Source: an uncultured Gemmatimonadaceae bacterium
GTDB taxonomy: Bacteria; Gemmatimonadota; Gemmatimonadetes; Gemmatimonadales; Gemmatimonadaceae
Reading direction: 5' to 3'
Length of the DNA stretch: 64,000 bases
NCBI GenBank assembly: GCA_963781585.1
Contig: CAWAGQ010000010.1
Location: 32,001 to 96,000 of the forward strand
The notes under the pieces are model-generated. The model was given only the letters and a program-made list of their open reading frames with translations. It did no database searches and was not told where the DNA came from. A program made the translations under genes and the position numbers. Below, one piece after another: positions 58,391-64,000 of the stretch. The first letter of the stretch is position 1. Each line of letters starts with the position of its first letter.

Positions 58391-60733
58391 ATGCGCAGCA
58401 TCCTACCGGCCTGGCAATCCGCATTTGACACAGCGACGGCGGCGGTGCTCGACGCGCAGTACGCCGCGGCGGAACGCATCATCAACGGCGTTCGTATCGC
58501 CGTCATCGGCCTGCTCGGCATCGTCGCGGGTCTGTGGGCGCCGTACCTGACCCACGACCTGAACTGGGTCAACATCGTGGTTTGCGCCCCGATGCTGCTC
58601 TGGGCGATCGGTCAGCACCTGATACTGCACAAGCCGGGGCGGCGCTGGACGCACTTGTCGGCCCTCAATACCTACCTCGACATCACCGCGGTCTCGCTGC
58701 TGCTGCTCGGGTACGGGCTGTTCGGCATGCCCGATCTGGCGGTCAAGTCGCCGATGTGGACCGCGTATCTGGTGATCCTGGCGGCGCGCCCCTTCACCGG
58801 GTCGCCGTCTCGCGCCGCCAAGGCCACGGCTACCGCGGCCCTGCAGTACGCGGCGATCGCTCTCTTCTTCCTCGTCACTACGCGGCTTCCGCTGCTCAGC
58901 AGCCCGCTCGATTCGGTGCGGGCCAGCGGCACCACCCCGCTCGACGAGGGCGCGAAGGTGCTGCTCATCGTGGTCGGAGGCATCGTCCTGACGTACGCCA
59001 CCGCCTGGAACGAGAGGACACTGCGTCGATCCGTCGACGGCATGCGCGCGTCTGAGGAACGATTCCGCGCGGTGTTCGAGCACTCGGCGGTGGGCATCAT
59101 CGTCCTCGACGGCGACGCGCGTGTCCTGCACGCCAATTCGGCATTCGAGCGGTTTCTCGACCTGTCGCTTCGCGACATGAGCGGACGCCACCTGTCGGAC
59201 TTCGCCCCGGCCGAGGACGCCGATGCGACGGCGATCCTGGCGCGCGAGGTGGCGGAGGGAATGCGGGAGAACGCCACCTCGGAGGTGCGATTCGTGGGAC
59301 GCCACGGGCACGTGGCGTGGGGTACACTGACCGTGTCGCGGGCGCAGGAGAAGGACGCTCTGCATCTGATTGCGATGGTGCAGGACATTTCGGAGCGCAA
59401 AGCGCTGGAGGCCCAGCTCCTGCACCAGGCGTTCCACGACCCCCTGACCGCACTCGCCAATCGTGCCCTGTTCCGCGACCGGCTCGAGCACGCGCTCGCG
59501 CGAACCGAGCGCGAATCGGGACGGATCGCGGTCATGCTGCTCGACCTCGACAACTTCAAGTCAGTGAATGACACGCAGGGCCACGCGGCCGGCGATCGGA
59601 TGCTCGAGGTGGTGGCCGCGCGTCTTCGGAGCGCGACCCGAGGGTGCGATACGGTGGCCCGACTGGGCGGCGACGAATTCGCGGTCCTGCTCGAGCAGAT
59701 GCACGCCTCGAAGGGTGCGGAGGTGGTGGCGTCGCGAATCGTCGAAGCTCTGCGCCTCCCGGTTGAGATTTCGCTCGGCCGCGTGATGACCGTGGGCGCC
59801 AGCGTGGGCATCGCGGTGCTCGGCGGCGAGGAAGGCGCCGAGGAGCTGCTGCGGAACGCCGACGTCGCGATGTACGAGGCGAAACACCGGGCACGCGGCC
59901 GCTGGGTGATCTACGACCCCGAGATGCACGCGGCGCTGGTGGATCGCGTGTCGCTGGAGGTCGACTTGCGACGTGCCATCGAGCGCGAGGAACTGACGGT
60001 GGCCTATCAGCCGATCGTCGACCTGCGATCCAGCGAGGTCACCGGCGTGGAGGCTCTGCTCCGATGGTCGCATCCCAAGCGCGGCGAAGTGGCGCCCAAG
60101 ACCTTCATCCCGGTGGCCGAGGAGAGCGGGCTGATTCTCTCGTTAGGAAGCTGGGTGCTGCACCAGGCGTGCAACCAGGCGGCGGACTGGAACCATCGAC
60201 GATCTGCGCTGCCGCTGACCGTCACGGTCAATCTGTCGGGCAAGCAGTTGCTTCACGATGCCCTGGTGGACGACGTGCGTTCGGCGCTGGTCGAGGCCGG
60301 CCTGTCGCCAACCAACCTGATCCTCGAGATCACCGAAACCGTGCTGATGCACGAAACCGAAACGACGCTCCGTCGCCTCCGCGAGCTGAAGGAGCTCGGG
60401 GTGCGGCTGGCGATCGACGACTTCGGCACCGGCTACTCGTCGCTGTCGTATCTCCAGCAGTTTCCGGTCGACGTGCTCAAGATCGATCAGTCGTTCGTCG
60501 ATGGTCTGCTGCGCGGAACGAACGACGCAGCGCTGGTGCGCACCATCGTCTCCCTGGCCGGCACCCTGACGCTGCGGACCATCGCCGAAGGAGTGGAGGA
60601 TGTGCGGCAGGAGGAGCAGTTGCGCGCGCTTGGATGCAACGCCGCACAGGGGTTCCTGTTCAGCCGCCCCATGGCGGCGGCCCAGATCGACGCCCTGCTG
60701 GGAGCAAAGGCGGCGTCCGGCGCCGCGGCATAG
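58391..60733 (+). CDS. Membrane PAS-GGDEF-EAL diguanylate cyclase/phosphodiesterase
   Basis: About six N-terminal TM segments; PAS (EERFRAVFE...QDISERK); HDPLT, RxxD I-site, RLGGDEF, EALLRW, DDFGTGYSSL. Confidence 0.94.
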   Translation: MRSILPAWQSAFDTATAAVLDAQYAAAERIINGVRIAVIGLLGIVAGLWAPYLTHDLNWVNIVVCAPMLLWAIGQHLILHKPGRRWTHLSALNTYLDITAVSLLLLGYGLFGMPDLAVKSPMWTAYLVILAARPFTGSPSRAAKATATAALQYAAIALFFLVTTRLPLLSSPLDSVRASGTTPLDEGAKVLLIVVGGIVLTYATAWNERTLRRSVDGMRASEERFRAVFEHSAVGIIVLDGDARVLHANSAFERFLDLSLRDMSGRHLSDFAPAEDADATAILAREVAEGMRENATSEVRFVGRHGHVAWGTLTVSRAQEKDALHLIAMVQDISERKALEAQLLHQAFHDPLTALANRALFRDRLEHALARTERESGRIAVMLLDLDNFKSVNDTQGHAAGDRMLEVVAARLRSATRGCDTVARLGGDEFAVLLEQMHASKGAEVVASRIVEALRLPVEISLGRVMTVGASVGIAVLGGEEGAEELLRNADVAMYEAKHRARGRWVIYDPEMHAALVDRVSLEVDLRRAIEREELTVAYQPIVDLRSSEVTGVEALLRWSHPKRGEVAPKTFIPVAEESGLILSLGSWVLHQACNQAADWNHRRSALPLTVTVNLSGKQLLHDALVDDVRSALVEAGLSPTNLILEITETVLMHETETTLRRLRELKELGVRLAIDDFGTGYSSLSYLQQFPVDVLKIDQSFVDGLLRGTNDAALVRTIVSLAGTLTLRTIAEGVEDVRQEEQLRALGCNAAQGFLFSRPMAAAQIDALLGAKAASGAAA

Positions 60734-60779
60734 CACGCCGGGCGCGTATCGCCACCCTACGTCCTGGTGAACCGCGTCG

Positions 60780-61952
60780 TTACCGCGGCTTCACGGCGCC
60801 ACCATCGGTGGCGGACTTCTTCGACGGATCTTCGTAGGGCCGGAGCCACCACTCCAGAAAGACCCACGAGCGGTTCCATGAGTCGATCTGCTCCGGCGTG
60901 TCTTCCCGCTCCAGGGTAACCGGATTCACGCGACGGCTGAACGTGTGTCCGCCGCCGGCGGGCCCCACCGGCGGATCCACGTAGACCTTTGTCTCCGCGA
61001 GGTCCGGCTTCAGCGCGCGGAGCTTCCAGACGAGCTGCTGATCCTCGACGTAGTTCACGTCGGTGTCGTTGGTCGCGACGTGGACGAGGATCGGGATGTG
61101 CAGGTCCTCCACGTGGTAGAGCGGCGAACGCTTGATGTACTCGTCCGGCTTTTCGAACGGGAGCCCGCCGATGCCCGGCTCGGCCGCATAATCCCGCTGG
61201 TATCCCGGTCCCTTCATCGAGAGACGAAAGACCAGATTCGACACCGGAACGATCGCCGCCGCCGCTTTGAACGGCGTGTCCTTGCGCATCGCGAGATGCG
61301 CGGTGATGAAGCCACCATGGCTCCACCCCATGATTCCGATGCGCTCCGGATCCACGTACGACAGCGATTTCAGATAGTCGACGGCGGTGGCCACGTCATC
61401 GAGTTCCTTGCCGCCGTAGTCGATGGCCATGTAGTGCGCCTCGCCGTAGCCGGTGCTGCCCCGATACTCGGGACAGATGATTACGTAGCCCCGTTGCACG
61501 GCTTCCTTCACGAACGGGAACATGCTCGTCCCCCAGTCACCGTGCACGCCGCCGTGCACCCACACCATCGCTGCGTGTCCGTGCGTGCCGCGCCGCTCCA
61601 GAGGCTCGAACAGGTACGCGGGGATCACCATCCCGTCGGCGCTGCTCTTGTAGCTCACCTTCCGATAGCTCATGCCGCCGGCGCTGCGCGCCGCGTAGAT
61701 GCTGTCGGTACGCGTCTTGGCAACGATCTGCCGTTCGAAATCGGCCTTGGGCAGGTCCTCCGGCCGGTTGCTCACATAGAGACGCGCTGCGCGCGCACTG
61801 TCCATGGCCACCGGCGCGCGTCGGAACCGGCGTGCGGTGTCGGGGCGCGTTTGCTGCGCGACCACGGCACCCGGCACCACGACGAGCGTGAATGCGGCGG
61901 CGAACAGGATGCGACGTGAAGACCGGGGAAAACGGGCGGAAAGACCGGGCAT
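60780..61952 (-). CDS. Secreted S9-family (prolyl oligopeptidase-like) peptidase
   Basis: Motifs WVHGG, EYRGSTGYG, nucleophile GWSHGG, DTDV, GGHTF; signal peptide. Start at ATG 61952. Confidence 0.9.
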   Translation of the reverse strand: MPGLSARFPRSSRRILFAAAFTLVVVPGAVVAQQTRPDTARRFRRAPVAMDSARAARLYVSNRPEDLPKADFERQIVAKTRTDSIYAARSAGGMSYRKVSYKSSADGMVIPAYLFEPLERRGTHGHAAMVWVHGGVHGDWGTSMFPFVKEAVQRGYVIICPEYRGSTGYGEAHYMAIDYGGKELDDVATAVDYLKSLSYVDPERIGIMGWSHGGFITAHLAMRKDTPFKAAAAIVPVSNLVFRLSMKGPGYQRDYAAEPGIGGLPFEKPDEYIKRSPLYHVEDLHIPILVHVATNDTDVNYVEDQQLVWKLRALKPDLAETKVYVDPPVGPAGGGHTFSRRVNPVTLEREDTPEQIDSWNRSWVFLEWWLRPYEDPSKKSATDGGAVKPR

Positions 61953-62159
61953 GGAATCCTCGCGGGGGGGTCGATGGCTCCGACTCTGTATACGGAGGAG
62001 TCCACGGCGAGGTTGAACCAGGCATCGGTCCGACCCTTTCGACCACCCGGCCCACAAAGTGCGACCCCATGGGGCCGCTGATCGGACCAATGGGGTCACA
62101 CGCCGCCGTCCCGGAAGCACCTCCGGGTGCCGGACCGTCCGGCACCCGCACGCCGTGCC

Positions 62160-62516
62160 TCAGCGCGTCGCGACCAGGATGCCGATGCGGTCGCCGGGCG
62201 ATACGCGCACGTCGCCGGTGTTCGCGTCGAAGCCTGATTCCGGATGCACAAAGAAATCGATGTGAGGCCGGTCGAACACCAGCCATCGCGGAACCTCCAC
62301 GACCGCCGAACCGTGAGCCGCCACACGGCCGATCCGGACTTCCTGATTGTCCCGCTGTGCGTACAGCACAACAGACATCGCACGGTTGTTCTGGATCTCG
62401 ACAGTGACCGGGGCCTGCGGCGCAGGGGTTCGCGTACTGCGCGCCGCCGGCGTGGACGCAAACGCGCTCGACGCGGAAGCGGTCACGGCTGCAACGGTCA
62501 GGTACAGTGATCTCAT
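62160..62516 (-). CDS. Small secreted hypothetical protein
   Basis: GGGAGG RBS; signal peptide ending AFA; beta-rich body (VTVEIQNN...RIGRV). Confidence 0.7.
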   Translation of the reverse strand: MRSLYLTVAAVTASASSAFASTPAARSTRTPAPQAPVTVEIQNNRAMSVVLYAQRDNQEVRIGRVAAHGSAVVEVPRWLVFDRPHIDFFVHPESGFDANTGDVRVSPGDRIGILVATR

Positions 62517-62699
62517 GAGACCTCCCGGAGCCCGGCTCCGGCTGATGACGGAAGAGTGAGAGCGGACGGCGCCACGCCGGCGGTCGGTGACTTGCTGTGC
62601 GCCGGAGGGGTGAGGCCGCGCGCGCCGTACTACGGTGGGGCGGGGGGATCTCCCGGCACGGTCGCTGCATGGAATCTGACGACCGCATCCTAACGACAG

Positions 62700-62795
62700 C
62701 GTTACGATCGTCTGTCGGGAGACGTGCAGTCGTTCCGCGAGGTGGGCTTGCGACCAGTCGCGCTCGGCCCGCAGCACCGTCATCCGCCTCTTCAT
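62700..62795 (-). pseudogene. Truncated XRE-family HTH regulator
   Basis: MKRRMTVLRAERDWSQAHLAERLHVSRQTI matches the XRE HTH start, then similarity is lost. AGGAG upstream. Confidence 0.7.
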
Positions 62796-62839
62796 CCGTA
62801 CCGTCTCCTGGCGAGTGCGAGGCCGGGGAAGCCGAGCGC

Positions 62840-62990
62840 GGGGAGCATCACCCATACCTGGTCGTAGCTCCAGTCCTCGAACTTGAAGGTGATGGCTCGC
62901 TGCAGCAGGCCGAGCGTCAACGGCACGTGAAGCCCGGGAACTGTTCAGGAACAGGATCGTGAGCAGGAACGCGGAGGCGAGGGCTTCGAC
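62840..62990 (-). pseudogene. Frameshifted remnant of a small membrane protein
   Basis: VEALASAFLLTILFL in one frame continues as LTLGLLQRAITFKFEDWSYDQVWVMLP in another. Confidence 0.5.
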
Positions 62991-63316
62991 CGGCGATTCC
63001 CCGCCGGAGCGGGTTCGAGGCCGCACGTTTCGTCCGTATGGCTGAGCTCACCGTCCCTCCAGTGAGGTGTTCGCGACAAGCCGTAAAGCTACCTCGGCCG
63101 GCCACTTGGCCGGCCGCGTGCAGCGATCCCTCGGTCACTGGCACACAGTCCGTGGGTCCGTCGGCATCGGACTCCGTTCAACGTGCCTCCTGTCCATGCG
63201 CTGGCGACCGCCGTGCTGTGAGCGCCGGCGCGCGGTTGCGCGTATCCCTTGAGCGCATCACACTGAGCACGCGCCGGAGAGCCCGGCGCCGCAATCCACA
63301 AGTCGGAGGAAACGAC

Positions 63317-64000
63317 ATGTCTCTTCGGTCGCGTTCGACGCGCCGATTCGCGTGGCTGCTACTGGTAGCCGCGTGGTCGCTGATCCGGGTTCCCGCGGCG
63401 GTGGCCCAGCAGAAAGTCGACGAGGAGTACACGAAGCAGATCAAGCAATTTCTGCGCGATCCGCGCATCTCGACCGAGCTGGTGGATCATCTGCCGGCGT
63501 CCAGCACGGTGCCGACGCCCCTGGCCCACTTTGGCCACATCATCGGCGCGTGGGGCATTCTCGACAACAGCGAGCAGATGAACGCGTACCTCGAGAAGGT
63601 CGCCAAAGCGGCCCCGGCGCGCGCGAAGTACTGGACGATCGGCAAGTCCGAGGAAGGACGGGACATGTCCGTGCTGGTGATCGCGAACGAGGAGACGATC
63701 CGCAATCTCGATCGGTACAAGGGATACCTGGCCGCGCTCACCGATCCGCGAAAGACCACGCAGGCGCAGGCCGAGCAGATGATCAAGGTCGCGAAACCGA
63801 TCTACTGGATCACCAGCGGCATGCATTCGCCGGAGACCGGCGGTCCGGAGATGCTGATGGAGCTGGCGTATCGCCTGGTGGTGGAAGAGACGCCGCTCAT
63901 CCAGAACATCCGGAACAACGTGATCACGATGATCACGCCGGTGGTGGAGACGGACGGTCGCGACAAGGTGGTGGACGCGTACAATTACGGCAAAGCGCAT
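63317..64000 (+). CDS. M14-family zinc carboxypeptidase, secreted (partial, runs off the window)
   Basis: GGAGGA RBS and ATG 63317; signal peptide; IGKSEEGR; zinc motif GMHSPE; TPVVETDGRD. Absent from the ORF track because no stop falls in the window. Confidence 0.88.
   Translation, partial: MSLRSRSTRRFAWLLLVAAWSLIRVPAAVAQQKVDEEYTKQIKQFLRDPRISTELVDHLPASSTVPTPLAHFGHIIGAWGILDNSEQMNAYLEKVAKAAPARAKYWTIGKSEEGRDMSVLVIANEETIRNLDRYKGYLAALTDPRKTTQAQAEQMIKVAKPIYWITSGMHSPETGGPEMLMELAYRLVVEETPLIQNIRNNVITMITPVVETDGRDKVVDAYNYGKAH

Noticed and set aside
63359..64000. Minus-strand 213-aa ORF
   Set aside because: Antisense to the M14 peptidase, which has an RBS, a signal peptide and a zinc motif.

Overview
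GC-rich bacterial chromosomal segment. The 16S sequence and the gene repertoire (PadR/ADOP permease pairs, Hanks kinases with TolB-like/TPR domains, DUF4953-type metalloprotease) point to Gemmatimonadota; this is a recognition-based call, not a database result. The left arm holds housekeeping genes: surA, pdxA, CNNM/CorB and CDF transporters, pilT and typA. They are followed by a complete 16S rRNA gene with no tRNA or 23S after it. Directly downstream is a 12.5-kb minus-strand cluster: FHA, FHA, Ser/Thr kinase with an extracytoplasmic RCC1 propeller, a 14x Ig-like lipoprotein, a TPR protein and a 9x Ig-like lipoprotein. Next come a stand-alone tRNA-Ile(GAT) with its own promoter and terminator and a decayed Phd/VapC toxin-antitoxin pair. 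The rest is accessory and metabolic: a second kinase, two PadR-ADOP modules with palindromic operators, a deacetylase-like/formyltransferase/creatininase operon, a VOC protein with a basic repetitive tail, a Gld-like ABC system, peptidases, a split TPP decarboxylase (ComD/ComE-like) and a PAS-GGDEF-EAL protein. I saw no CRISPR array, integrase or transposase. The best candidate for an undescribed system is the FHA/kinase-RCC1/Ig-lipoprotein/TPR cluster lying between the unlinked 16S gene and tRNA-Ile. All product calls come from motif recognition.
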